NCBI GenBank assembly: GCA_945861325.1
Contig: CAMATY010000001.1
Span: 1-51,741, forward strand
Length of the DNA stretch: 51,741 bases
Reading direction: 5' to 3'
Origin: Ferrithrix thermotolerans DSM 19514
GTDB lineage: Bacteria; Actinomycetota; Acidimicrobiia; Acidimicrobiales; Ilumatobacteraceae
A program made the position numbers and the translations under genes. Shown here in pieces: positions 36,282 through 45,301 of this stretch (the stretch's first letter is position 1; every line of letters begins with the position of its first letter). The notes below the pieces were generated by a model that worked only from the letters and a program-made list of their open reading frames with translations, had not been told where the DNA came from and searched no databases.

Positions 36282-36310
36282 AGGGTATTGAAGAAACTCT
36301 TAATAGGCAA
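36282..36310 (-). promoter_or_regulatory. Putative sigma-A-type promoter of the binding-protein gene
   Basis: On the minus strand, TTGCCT-17 nt-TACCCT (TANNNT), about 60 nt upstream of the ATG. Confidence 0.3.
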
Positions 36311-36371
36311 CTAAAAACCCGAATTGGCGCGACGGATGAAATGTTTTCTCGCAACTGGCGTAGTCAGATGT

Positions 36372-37325
36372 CTATGACTGATTTGATGCTGCAGCCTTGG
36401 TCAGACGGTCCCTAATCGCCTCGGCCAGACCATTGCCGGCAGGCAAAACCGCAACAACTACTGCAATATCGTTGGCGTCGGCGAGGCGCAATTCTGCGTA
36501 CAACTGCTTGGCGTAGAGATTGATATTGTCGCAGAAGTCAAGCACTGATGCTCGTACACCAGCATTTTCCAGCTCAATCTGTCGAGCAATGGCCTGTGCC
36601 GAATTCTCAGCAACTACAACTTTGCAATTCGGCGCATAGTGTTTCTCAAGCATCCCTGATGCACGAGCTTCTCCATCTGATTCATCCACATTGAGTTTTG
36701 CAATTTCTTTAATCTCGTTTTTAGTGATCGCCCCAACACGCAAAATCTGCAGATTCGTCCGAGTGCAATCGAGGATTGTTGACTCAATGCCTACGGCACA
36801 GTGACCACCATCAAGCACCAAAGCAATATCCGAACCGAGATCTGCAACAACATGGTGTGCAGATGTTGGACTTACTTTGCCAAACCGATTTGCAGAAGGA
36901 GCCACTAAACCGTCATTGAGGTTAGATAACAGCCGAAGTGCGACTGAATGATTAGGAACTCTGATCGCAACTGTATTGCGGCCACCAGTTATTTCATCGC
37001 AAACCAAATTGCTTCGTTGAAGAATAATCGTCAGTGGTCCTGGCCAAAAGTGTTTACCTAAATCTTTGGCGTATTTCGGAATTTCAATAGCCCACTTATC
37101 TAATTCTTCAAAACTTGCAAGATGCAAAATTAATGGGTGACTAGTCGGCCGTTGCTTCACCTTGAAAATTTTTCTCACAGCCGTTTTACTTGAAGCCAAA
37201 GCGGCAAGCCCATAAACGGTCTCGGTTGGCAAGCCAATTAACTGATCGTTCTTAAGGCATTCAATTGATCGAAGGATTGAAGAATCTAGTTTGCCATCAA
37301 TTATCTCGGCATCGTGATTGCTCAT
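36372..37325 (-). CDS. tsaC: L-threonylcarbamoyladenylate synthase (Sua5/TsaC, long form with the Sua5 C-terminal domain)
   Basis: PTETVYGLAA, KQRPTSHPLILH, VAPSANRFGKVSPT. I prefer the ATG at 37325, which avoids overlap with the upstream gene, to 37358. Confidence 0.85.
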   Translation of the reverse strand: MSNHDAEIIDGKLDSSILRSIECLKNDQLIGLPTETVYGLAALASSKTAVRKIFKVKQRPTSHPLILHLASFEELDKWAIEIPKYAKDLGKHFWPGPLTIILQRSNLVCDEITGGRNTVAIRVPNHSVALRLLSNLNDGLVAPSANRFGKVSPTSAHHVVADLGSDIALVLDGGHCAVGIESTILDCTRTNLQILRVGAITKNEIKEIAKLNVDESDGEARASGMLEKHYAPNCKVVVAENSAQAIARQIELENAGVRASVLDFCDNINLYAKQLYAELRLADANDIAVVVAVLPAGNGLAEAIRDRLTKAAASNQS

Positions 37326-37329
37326 CGAA

Positions 37330-38085
37330 CTAATTTTTGAAAAATTCAAGCAACTCATCGATCATTTTAAAGTTCTCAGTGCTCGCAAAATGGTCGCAAT
37401 TTTTTAGTAATTTGAATCTCGAAGTTTGAAATGCGGCGACAAGTTGATCGGCGGGTAGTACAAAATCTCGATCGCCGACAATCACCAAAACTTCGGCAAC
37501 GATTGTGCTTGCAATTTGTTTTGTGAAACTTTCACTGCGCGGTCTCTGCAACATTGCTCTCAGGGCGTCAACATCATTGCCGGGTTGGCGGGCATAGTTA
37601 CCAAATTGGTAGGCGAGTGTGTCTTCCTGGTCGGCTGTCTTGTCGATGCCTGAAATGATCCGTTTTGTTTCTTGCGGGTCGTGAGCTTCAAAGATTTTGT
37701 CACCGATGCCGATCAACACTAATTTACGAAACATCTTTGGATTAATAGTTGCGGCGTGCAACAATGCAATCGCGCCAAGCGAGAAGCCAACAGCATCAAT
37801 AGGATAATTTTGCGTTGCCTCTCGAATCGGCGATGAAATATCACCGTACACGGCGGGGTCATGTGGTTTTTCGGCTTGACCGTGACCCAGCAGATCTACG
37901 CCAATCACAGTTCGACCGATCTCTTCAATCAAAGTTTGAATACCCGGCTTTTGCCATGTTTGCTGATGTGAGCCACCCCAGCCGTGCACCATGACTATTG
38001 GAGGCAGCACAGAATTCGGCACTAATCGGGTGGTCGCCGAATCGGTATGCGACGGATTATTTACCACACTGAGTAGCATAAGCAT
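37330..38085 (-). CDS. Alpha/beta-fold hydrolase (251 aa)
   Basis: HGWGG oxyanion region, nucleophile elbow GFSLGA, C-terminal DH (CDHF). Confidence 0.8.
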   Translation of the reverse strand: MLMLLSVVNNPSHTDSATTRLVPNSVLPPIVMVHGWGGSHQQTWQKPGIQTLIEEIGRTVIGVDLLGHGQAEKPHDPAVYGDISSPIREATQNYPIDAVGFSLGAIALLHAATINPKMFRKLVLIGIGDKIFEAHDPQETKRIISGIDKTADQEDTLAYQFGNYARQPGNDVDALRAMLQRPRSESFTKQIASTIVAEVLVIVGDRDFVLPADQLVAAFQTSRFKLLKNCDHFASTENFKMIDELLEFFKN

Positions 38086-38109
38086 GCTTTGAATTAGCTC
38101 AACGGAGGG

Positions 38110-39555
38110 GTGTCGCAGATGCGTTTTTTGAACGAAGCACCTGACTTTGATCTGACATATAGCGATGTATTTATGGTGCCAAGCCTCTCGGCTGTATCTT
38201 CTCGGTTGAAAGTTGACCTAACAACTCCTGACAAAATTGGCACGAAGATACCACTTGTCGTTTCGAACATGACAGCCATTGCTGGACGACGAATGGCAGA
38301 GACAGTTGCGCGTCGAGGTGGAATCGTAGTTCTACCCCAAGATATTCCGCTTGACATTGTCGAAAATGTTGTCAAGTTCGTCAAGTCTCGTCATCAGGTG
38401 ATCGATACACCGATCACAATGCAACAGGACGGAACCGTCGGCGAAGCCTTGAGTCTGATCTATAAGCGAAGTCACGGCGCAGTAATCGTTATCGACCAAC
38501 AAGGTCGGCCATCAGGAATTTTCACAGAACATGACGCAGTGGGTTTCGATCGGTTTACTCAGATTTGCAATGTGATGAGTCAAGAGATGTTTACTCTCGA
38601 ACAAGATCTTGCACCTCAACAAATGTTCGAACGATTGACAGAAGCTCGTCTCTCGGTAGCACCAGTTACCGATGGAGATGGAAAACTCGTCGGCGTGATC
38701 ACCAGAAATGGGGCATTGCGAAGCACGATTTATCAGCCTGCTATAGATAAAAATAATCGTCTGATGATTGCTGCGGCCGTTGGAGTTAATGCCGATCCGG
38801 CACAACGGGCTAAACAACTAGCGGCTATGGGCGTTGATGTCATCGTCGTTGACACTGCCCACGGACATCAGGTTCGAATGTTAAATGCGATCGAAGAAGT
38901 GCGAAAAGTAACTTCTCAGATTCCACTTGTTGCAGGAAATGTCGTGACAACTGAGGGTACACGCGACATCATTAACGCCGGTGCTGACATCGTCAAAGTC
39001 GGAGTTGGGCCAGGCGCGATGTGTACGACTCGAATGATGACGGGTGTAGGCCGTCCACAATTTTCTGCAGTTCTTGAGTGCTCGCAAGCCGCAGCCCAAC
39101 TAGGAAAACAAATTTGGGCTGATGGTGGTGTGCGATATCCGCGCGATGTCGCACTTGGTCTGGCTGCTGGCGCGGCAAATGTGATGTTTGGTTCGCTGTT
39201 AGCGGGTACCTATGAGTCTGCTGCAGATACCTTGCGCGATACAAACGGTCGTCTTTACAAAGAAAGTTTTGGAATGGCTTCGAACCGCGCCGTACGAAAT
39301 CGCACTCGAACTGAAAGCGCCTTTGAGCGTGCACGAAAAGAACTTTTTGAAGAAGGCATTAGTTCATCGCGGATGTATCTAGATCAACACCGACCAAGCG
39401 TCGAAGACATCATTGATCAAATTATTGCGGGAGTGCGATCGTCCTGCACCTATGCAGGAGCAACTGATATCCCAGAATTTCAAAAACGTGCAGTCATCGG
39501 AGTGCAGAGTGCCTCGGGCTATGACGAAGGTCGTGCACAAGATACAAGTTGGTAG
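38110..39555 (+). CDS. guaB1: GuaB1-family IMP-dehydrogenase-related protein (CBS-containing; GMP-reductase-type paralogue)
   Basis: MRFLNE...DLTYSDVFMVPS N-terminus, a CBS pair, VDTAHGH, catalytic loop GVGPGAMCTTR, ADGGVRYPRD. Confidence 0.8.
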   Translation: MSQMRFLNEAPDFDLTYSDVFMVPSLSAVSSRLKVDLTTPDKIGTKIPLVVSNMTAIAGRRMAETVARRGGIVVLPQDIPLDIVENVVKFVKSRHQVIDTPITMQQDGTVGEALSLIYKRSHGAVIVIDQQGRPSGIFTEHDAVGFDRFTQICNVMSQEMFTLEQDLAPQQMFERLTEARLSVAPVTDGDGKLVGVITRNGALRSTIYQPAIDKNNRLMIAAAVGVNADPAQRAKQLAAMGVDVIVVDTAHGHQVRMLNAIEEVRKVTSQIPLVAGNVVTTEGTRDIINAGADIVKVGVGPGAMCTTRMMTGVGRPQFSAVLECSQAAAQLGKQIWADGGVRYPRDVALGLAAGAANVMFGSLLAGTYESAADTLRDTNGRLYKESFGMASNRAVRNRTRTESAFERARKELFEEGISSSRMYLDQHRPSVEDIIDQIIAGVRSSCTYAGATDIPEFQKRAVIGVQSASGYDEGRAQDTSW

Positions 39556-39583
39556 TGCTAATTTTTCTGATAATTTTTGCTCG

Positions 39584-40222
39584 ATGATAGTTGTTGCCAT
39601 TGACGGACCTGCTGGTGCAGGCAAATCAACTATTGCCAAAGCACTTGCAACGCGGTTAAACCTGCGCTATCTCGACACTGGTGCAATGTATCGCGCTGTA
39701 ACTTTTGCAGCGATTCAATCAGGCCTAGATCTATCAGATCAAGAATCAGTATCTGATCTGACACAAAAGTCTGAAATGATCCTGACCAATGACAGTGTGT
39801 CGATCAACGGAATGGATGCGACTAAGGCAATTCGCGGAGAAGTCGTAACTGCCGCAGTAAGCGCAGTTGCGGCAAACAGTCTTGTGCGCACTGAATTGCG
39901 TCAGCGGCAGCGCCAGTGGATCGCCGATCACAACGGCGGGGTAGTTGAGGGAAGAGATATCGGTTCAGTTGTTTTTCCTGATGCGACTTTGAAAGTTTAT
40001 TTGACTGCTTCGCCACTTGTGCGTGCGCAACGCCGAGTCGCACAAACTGGTGGCGTCGTTGAACAAATAGCCGATGCAATTGCTGCGCGTGATTCGCAGG
40101 ACAGCACACGCAGCGATAGCCCGCTATTGAGAACAGATGATGCGATTACGATAGATACAAGCAATCGCTCAATTGATCAAGTGTTAGACCAAATTGTTGC
40201 ACTTTTGCCACAACAATCATGA
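39584..40222 (+). CDS. cmk: Cytidylate kinase
   Basis: The start MIVVAIDGPAGAGKSTIAK...YLDTGAMYRA was chosen because the longer ORF (39413) overlaps guaB1. Confidence 0.9.
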   Translation: MIVVAIDGPAGAGKSTIAKALATRLNLRYLDTGAMYRAVTFAAIQSGLDLSDQESVSDLTQKSEMILTNDSVSINGMDATKAIRGEVVTAAVSAVAANSLVRTELRQRQRQWIADHNGGVVEGRDIGSVVFPDATLKVYLTASPLVRAQRRVAQTGGVVEQIADAIAARDSQDSTRSDSPLLRTDDAITIDTSNRSIDQVLDQIVALLPQQS

Positions 40223-40896
40223 CCCAAGTTGACACAACACTCGCCGGTCAAGGTCGCGTCGGGAAAATCTTTTATGGACTAATTCGTGGAATTCTTGCCA
40301 TCTTGTGTCGATCCTATTTTCGACTCAGCATCACTGGAAAAAGCAACATTCCGAAAACTGGTGCATTTATTTTGGCGCCTATCCATCGATCCAATGTTGA
40401 TACCCCGATTGCCAGCGCAACGACGAGACGTCGGTTGCGATTTATGGGCAAGGACAGTTTGTTCAAGATAAAACCAATTGCTTCAATACTTTCAACACTT
40501 GGTGGGTTTCCAGTCACCAGAGGTACTGCAGATCTTGAAGCACTCAAGCGTTGTCTCGCTGTTTTAGCGCTGGGTGAACCTATTGTGATGTTTCCAGAAG
40601 GCACACGACAATTCGGACCCACGATTCAGCCACTTTTTGATGGCGCGGCTTATTTGGCAATTAAGGCGGGTGTACCGATTGTCCCTGTTGGGATTGGTGG
40701 CACAGAAGATGTCATGCGCAAAGGTTCTAAATTTATTTACCCGAAAAAATGCACCGTGATGATCGGTGTACCGTTGCTACCCCCACAGGCGCAAACTGGC
40801 AGAACACCACGATCTGCAACAACAGAGTTAACTGCCCAACTTAAGCAATCACTACAAGAGTTGTTTGACCTTGCGCAGGCAAAGGCTCACAAATAG
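40219..40896 (+). CDS. plsC: 1-acyl-sn-glycerol-3-phosphate (lysophospholipid) acyltransferase
   Basis: HX4D motif PIHRSNVD, FPEGTR motif. 4-nt overlap with cmk. Confidence 0.8.
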   Translation: MTQVDTTLAGQGRVGKIFYGLIRGILAILCRSYFRLSITGKSNIPKTGAFILAPIHRSNVDTPIASATTRRRLRFMGKDSLFKIKPIASILSTLGGFPVTRGTADLEALKRCLAVLALGEPIVMFPEGTRQFGPTIQPLFDGAAYLAIKAGVPIVPVGIGGTEDVMRKGSKFIYPKKCTVMIGVPLLPPQAQTGRTPRSATTELTAQLKQSLQELFDLAQAKAHK

Positions 40897-42137
40897 CTGG
40901 TTAACGCTTTTCGCATTGAAATCAAGTCAGCAACGCCACAGACTTCGCGTGCTGAATGCATCGAAAGTTGTGGTATCCCAACATCAACCGTGTCGATTCC
41001 GAGCCGCGTCGCTGTGATCGGACCAATGGTTGTTCCGCACGGCATATTATTTTTAGAGACAAAAGTCTGATATGAAACTTTTGCTGTTTCACAAGCTCGA
41101 ACAAATAGCGCAGCAGAGGAGGATGAGGTTGCATAGCGTTGATTTGAATTAATTTTTATTGCGGGGCCCTGATTGATAATCGGAGCATGCGCTAAATCAT
41201 GTCGCTCGGGATAGTTGTGGTGTACGGCGTGCGCGTTATCTGCCGAAATACAACTCGACTGCGATAGAGCCTGCAAAAAATCAACACGCTCGAGACCATT
41301 TGCTGTTGCGAGCCGTTCAAGTGTGTGTTCAAGAAATGGTCCAGCGGCACCAGTTGCACTCGATGACCCAACTTCTTCATGATCAAATAATCCAACGATT
41401 GAAGTTGTTTGATTCTCTTGCGACCTAATTAGGGCACTAATCGCCGCCCAACAAGATGCTTGATTGTCGAGTCGTCCGCTCGCCAATAACGACTCATCAA
41501 CACCGATAATTTTTGCAGGTGATGTGTCAAAAAGATTCGCATCAAACGAAACTATTTCGCTGGTCTTGGTATTGATTTTCTTGGCGACCCAATCTGAGAA
41601 ATCTGGTGCACCGGTTGATGTTGCCCACGCCGGCGAAAGATGTAGATGTTTATCTAATACGAGACCTTTCTCGTTGAGTTCAGGATCTAAATGAATTGCC
41701 AGCTGCGAGATGCGCGCAAGCGGAGTCGAATCGTGGAACAACCTGACCGTGCCATCTCGCAGGACAACTCTTCCGGCAATGCCGAGGTCACGATCCAGCC
41801 AACTATTTAGCAAAGGGCTGCCATAAATTTCGATCTGTAGAGTTTTCCAACCGAAACGATTTTCGTCTGGCTTCGGCTTAATTTTGAGGCACGGCGAATC
41901 AGTATGGGCGCCAATGATTCGAAACTGTTCAATAGGTTTCGATCCAACTCTCCATGCAATTAAAGAACCTGAACGTCGAATAAAACCATTTACCGAACTT
42001 TTGTTGAGTTTCGGCAGCTCCGAACAATCAATAAATTTTGCGGCAATTAATTGCTTGGCAATGAAGTCGACTAAGTGATGGGAAGTTGGCGACGAATCAA
42101 GTTGTTCGCAAAGTTCATCTAAAAGTTTCGTCGTCAC
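40887..42137 (-). CDS. M18-family (aspartyl) aminopeptidase (416 aa)
   Basis: GAHTDSP, FDHEEVGS, CGTTIGP and SMHSAREV blocks. Confidence 0.85.
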   Translation of the reverse strand: MTTKLLDELCEQLDSSPTSHHLVDFIAKQLIAAKFIDCSELPKLNKSSVNGFIRRSGSLIAWRVGSKPIEQFRIIGAHTDSPCLKIKPKPDENRFGWKTLQIEIYGSPLLNSWLDRDLGIAGRVVLRDGTVRLFHDSTPLARISQLAIHLDPELNEKGLVLDKHLHLSPAWATSTGAPDFSDWVAKKINTKTSEIVSFDANLFDTSPAKIIGVDESLLASGRLDNQASCWAAISALIRSQENQTTSIVGLFDHEEVGSSSATGAAGPFLEHTLERLATANGLERVDFLQALSQSSCISADNAHAVHHNYPERHDLAHAPIINQGPAIKINSNQRYATSSSSAALFVRACETAKVSYQTFVSKNNMPCGTTIGPITATRLGIDTVDVGIPQLSMHSAREVCGVADLISMRKALTSYL

Positions 42138-42415
42138 GGCTTAATTGACGAGAGCGATATGTCTTGTCCAAAGAACGAGCAAGATGTGTTTTGAATGCTG
42201 GAGGCGCTGGCTTCAAATTTCGCTGCACAAATTGAAAGTGCGTCTCGTTGGGTGAACGAGAGAAATGCAATACCCGTGAAAAGTGCCAGCATCAAAATCT
42301 TCGAGACGAGAGATTTGACGAATTTGAGCACAAAAAGCCACGCTAGAGCGCTACCACCCATAGATCCAAGCCCAATGTTTTTTGCAGTTTCAGCATTCAG
42401 TGAAAATAGGTCCAT
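42134..42415 (-). CDS. Small hypothetical two-TM membrane protein (start uncertain; the ORF extends to 42457)
   Basis: Two hydrophobic helices (ALAWLFVLKFV..., ILMLALFTGIAFLSF). 4-nt overlap with the M18 gene start. Confidence 0.45.
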   Translation of the reverse strand: MDLFSLNAETAKNIGLGSMGGSALAWLFVLKFVKSLVSKILMLALFTGIAFLSFTQRDALSICAAKFEASASSIQNTSCSFFGQDISLSSIKP

Positions 42416-42430
42416 GTCATCTAGTCTGTC

Positions 42431-42874
42431 ATGACAATGAGCGATCAACGAGTACATCTTTCGGCAAGTGGCCCACCTGAGACGGTGATTCCGCCAATTA
42501 ATTCTGCACTACGAATCCGACTGGACGCTGCACTCGCTTGTGCGTTAGGTGAACGAAGAAGAGAAGTTTCCAAAGTCGTAGCCGACAACCCAACTCTTTT
42601 AGAAGGGTGGGCGAATATTGGCGATCTGAGTGAACCTGGCATTGACGCTTATATGGCATACAGAGTCGGATATCACCGTGGTCTTGACACATTGCGAGCA
42701 AACTCTTGGCGAGGTTCTGGATATGTGAGGTGGGCACGAGAATCAAATCGCGGTTTCTTGCGATGTCTCGCGGGGCTGGCAAAACAATCTCGGTTGATCG
42801 GTGAACTTGACGAAGCAGTGCGCTGCGAGCAATTTCTTTTGCAACTCGATCCAAGTGGCGAAGCATCTAAATAG
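42431..42874 (+). CDS. DUF3151-family protein (147 aa)
   Basis: The pattern NPTLLEGWANIGDL...AYMAYRVGYHRGLDTLRANSWRGSGYVRW...FLRCL is, as I recall, typical of this actinobacterial family. Confidence 0.65.
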   Translation: MTMSDQRVHLSASGPPETVIPPINSALRIRLDAALACALGERRREVSKVVADNPTLLEGWANIGDLSEPGIDAYMAYRVGYHRGLDTLRANSWRGSGYVRWARESNRGFLRCLAGLAKQSRLIGELDEAVRCEQFLLQLDPSGEASK

Positions 42875-42892
42875 TTTTCTTGCGGTCACTTA

Positions 42893-43441
42893 ATGAACGA
42901 TCAAGTGACTGCAGCAATTTTTGCTGGTGGTGCTAGTTCTCGTTTTGGATCGCCTAAAGCCAATGCACAAATTGATGGCGAAGAGTTCGTGGTGCGCATT
43001 GCGCGCTCGATTCGCCAAACAGGTATTGAGCGAGTGCTACTTGTCGGCGGATCTAAAGCAGATGCGCAAAGATGGCACTTAGAGTTTGTTGAAGACGAAA
43101 CTACGGGCGCAGGACCATTTATGGCATTGCTCTCGGCGCTCCACAAAATTGAAACTGAAATATTGCTGACCATGCCTTGTGATGTTCCTTGGATTGATTC
43201 AAAGACATGCAAAATAATTTCGGAATTTGACTTAGATTTTGATCTGCAAGTCGCTACTACGCAAGTACCACAGTGGCTCTGCAGTGCGTGGCATAAACGA
43301 ACAATTACTCATCTCGAACAACAATTTGCCACAGGAGAGCGAGCGATTCATCGTGCCGTAACTGGTTTGTCAGTCAAATATTTGCAATTCGCAGCAAAAG
43401 ATCTTAGAAATATCAACACCCCAGATGATCTGCTTGAATAA
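42893..43441 (+). CDS. mobA: Molybdenum cofactor nucleotidyltransferase (MobA-like guanylyltransferase; MocA-type cytidylyltransferase not excluded)
   Basis: AAIFAGGASSRFG, PCDVPWI, GERAIHR, NINTPDDL. Confidence 0.7.
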   Translation: MNDQVTAAIFAGGASSRFGSPKANAQIDGEEFVVRIARSIRQTGIERVLLVGGSKADAQRWHLEFVEDETTGAGPFMALLSALHKIETEILLTMPCDVPWIDSKTCKIISEFDLDFDLQVATTQVPQWLCSAWHKRTITHLEQQFATGERAIHRAVTGLSVKYLQFAAKDLRNINTPDDLLE

Positions 43442-43494
43442 CTCAACTCGACATTTCAATCTATTAATCTCGCTGTTTCAACTAGCCTAAAGAT

Positions 43495-43821
43495 ATGGCT
43501 GTTCAAGAGATTTCGGTAAATGAACTAATTGAATTAGTTGAGAGTGGTTCGCTCGTTATCGATGTGCGAGAACCTGATGAATATGTTTCTGGACACATAC
43601 CTGGAGCAATTCTCGTCCCATTGTCAACCGTTTTAGAGAACTCAAGTGAATTCTTGTCTGAAGATACTGTCTTTGTTGTTTGTCGAAGTGGTGGTCGCAG
43701 CATGCAGGCTTGTGAGCTTCTGCATGACAACGGAATCGTCAATGTCGTCAATGTCGCTGGTGGCACGATGGGATGGATCAGCCTCGGCAATGAAGTAGTT
43801 ACAGGAGAGAATCCAAGTTGA
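43495..43821 (+). CDS. Single-domain rhodanese sulfurtransferase (108 aa)
   Basis: Active-site loop CRSGGRS and the IDVREPDEY..GHIPGA pattern. Confidence 0.85.
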   Translation: MAVQEISVNELIELVESGSLVIDVREPDEYVSGHIPGAILVPLSTVLENSSEFLSEDTVFVVCRSGGRSMQACELLHDNGIVNVVNVAGGTMGWISLGNEVVTGENPS

Positions 43822-44966
43822 CATTTCGTTGGGTGGAAGATGACATTGCTTTAAGCGAAGTAATCGACGAAATTATTGTTGGCTCTCGATACGCGATTGA
43901 CACCGAATTTCATCGCGAGAAGACTTATTACCCGAAATTGGCTCTCGTCCAACTGAAATGGGGATCACAGACCGCTCTTGTTGATCCACTAGCAGTTGAT
44001 CCTCGCGGCCTTGCTCGGTTATTTGAAAATGACATTTTGGCGGTGTTTCATGCCGCCCAGCAAGATTTAGAAGTTTTGCGTCATGCATCACTTGTTGCCC
44101 CGCGAAATATTTTTGATTGTCAGATCGCCGCCGGGTTTCTTGGATTTTCTACGCCCTCGCTGGCGACACTGGTTCAGGCTCATAAAAAAATCGCGCTTTC
44201 AAAAGGTGACCGCCTAACAGACTGGTTGCGACGCCCGTTGACATCGGCACAATGCATTTACGCTGCTGACGACGTCGCCCACTTATTAGACCTACATGAC
44301 CAACTGTCGGCTCAACTAACCGAACTTGCTCGCACCGCGTGGGTTGATGATGCTTGCAAGGATCTTGTTGCACGACCAACGGGTCCGATTGAATCACATC
44401 TTGCGTGGCTCAAACTTAAGGAGTCTCGTTCGCTTAAAGGTGCCTCGCGAGGTGTTGCCCAATCACTCGGACAGTGGCGCGAAGAGAGAGCAATGCGAAG
44501 TGATCATCCTCCAAGAAGAGTGATGTCAGATATGGCTCTACTCGGAATTGCTCAGCGAGTTCCAAAAAGTGTCGAAGAACTTGCATCAACACGCGGGGTT
44601 GACGACCGCCATCTCTCCTCGGAATTCTGTAAAGAGATTATGGCTGCAATTCGCGATGGGGCACAGCGCACAGTTGAGTTACCCGGTCAAGAGAATGATG
44701 ATGTAGAAAAGTGGGCGAGACCAGCACTAACACTGATAACTGCATGGATCGGCGAACTTGCGCGAGTTCATAAAATTGATGCGTCACTCCTTGCAACTCG
44801 CAGTGACATCAGTGCTTTTCTGAAAAAGTCGCCCGAAGCGCGACTGCTGCAAGGTTGGAGAGCCGAAGTCATCGGCGATGATCTCAAGCAGATAATCGCT
44901 GGAACGGTGGGTTTGAGTGTTGATCGTGACGGACATCTCAAACTGATTCAGGCAGAGAATGCTTAA
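43818..44966 (+). CDS. rnd: Ribonuclease D (DEDD exonuclease + HRDC)
   Basis: AIDTEF (ExoI), FHAAQQDLE (ExoII), YAADDVAHL (ExoIII), followed by an HRDC-like region. TTG start in a TTGA overlap with the rhodanese stop. Confidence 0.85.
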   Translation: MTFRWVEDDIALSEVIDEIIVGSRYAIDTEFHREKTYYPKLALVQLKWGSQTALVDPLAVDPRGLARLFENDILAVFHAAQQDLEVLRHASLVAPRNIFDCQIAAGFLGFSTPSLATLVQAHKKIALSKGDRLTDWLRRPLTSAQCIYAADDVAHLLDLHDQLSAQLTELARTAWVDDACKDLVARPTGPIESHLAWLKLKESRSLKGASRGVAQSLGQWREERAMRSDHPPRRVMSDMALLGIAQRVPKSVEELASTRGVDDRHLSSEFCKEIMAAIRDGAQRTVELPGQENDDVEKWARPALTLITAWIGELARVHKIDASLLATRSDISAFLKKSPEARLLQGWRAEVIGDDLKQIIAGTVGLSVDRDGHLKLIQAENA

Positions 44967-45071
44967 TGCCACAATTTAGAGTCGTTTTGTTGCTAGTCTT
45001 TTTGCCAATGTCTAACCACTAGGCGGTGACCAAAACCGGTAGCCGCCCCAGAGAAAATTTGGAGCCCTATC

Positions 45072-45278
45072 GTGAAAAAGGGACGTCATCGTCGATTTGA
45101 AGAAGCTCGTCGTCTGAAGCAAACAGGCCCGACTGCCGAAGATCTTGGTGTTTCGCGTCAAAGTAAAAGTAAGTCACAAGAAGACGAATACGCAGCCATA
45201 GCCGAACGCTATGGCGTGAGGTTCGATGAAGACGGCGAAGAGCTCTCCGATGAGTTCACCGATGAAGACAATCAATAA
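45072..45278 (+). CDS. Small bipolar-charged hypothetical protein (68 aa; basic N-terminus, acidic C-terminus)
   Basis: GTG start preceded by GGAG at an 8-nt spacing. KKGRHRRFEEARRLK...DEDGEELSDEFTDEDNQ. No family recognised. Confidence 0.5.
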   Translation: MKKGRHRRFEEARRLKQTGPTAEDLGVSRQSKSKSQEDEYAAIAERYGVRFDEDGEELSDEFTDEDNQ

Positions 45279-45301
45279 CTAGCTGAAACTGAGTAACCCC
45301 C

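Noticed and set aside
36273-36300. Direct repeat GAAACTCT (36273-36280 and 36293-36300) in the binding-protein leader
   Set aside because: It is only 8 nt long and so is expected by chance. It overlaps the putative -10 region, and there is no further support. It is mentioned only for completeness.
38094-38384. A 96-aa minus-strand ORF across the guaB1 start
   Set aside because: It is antisense to a well-supported gene, Arg/Ser/Thr-rich, and has no motif or RBS.
39413-39583. A 57-codon N-terminal extension of the cmk ORF
   Set aside because: It overlaps the 3' end of guaB1 by 143 nt, and the extension has no homology-like features. The canonical kinase N-terminus MIVVAIDGPAGAGKST starts at the ATG at 39584.
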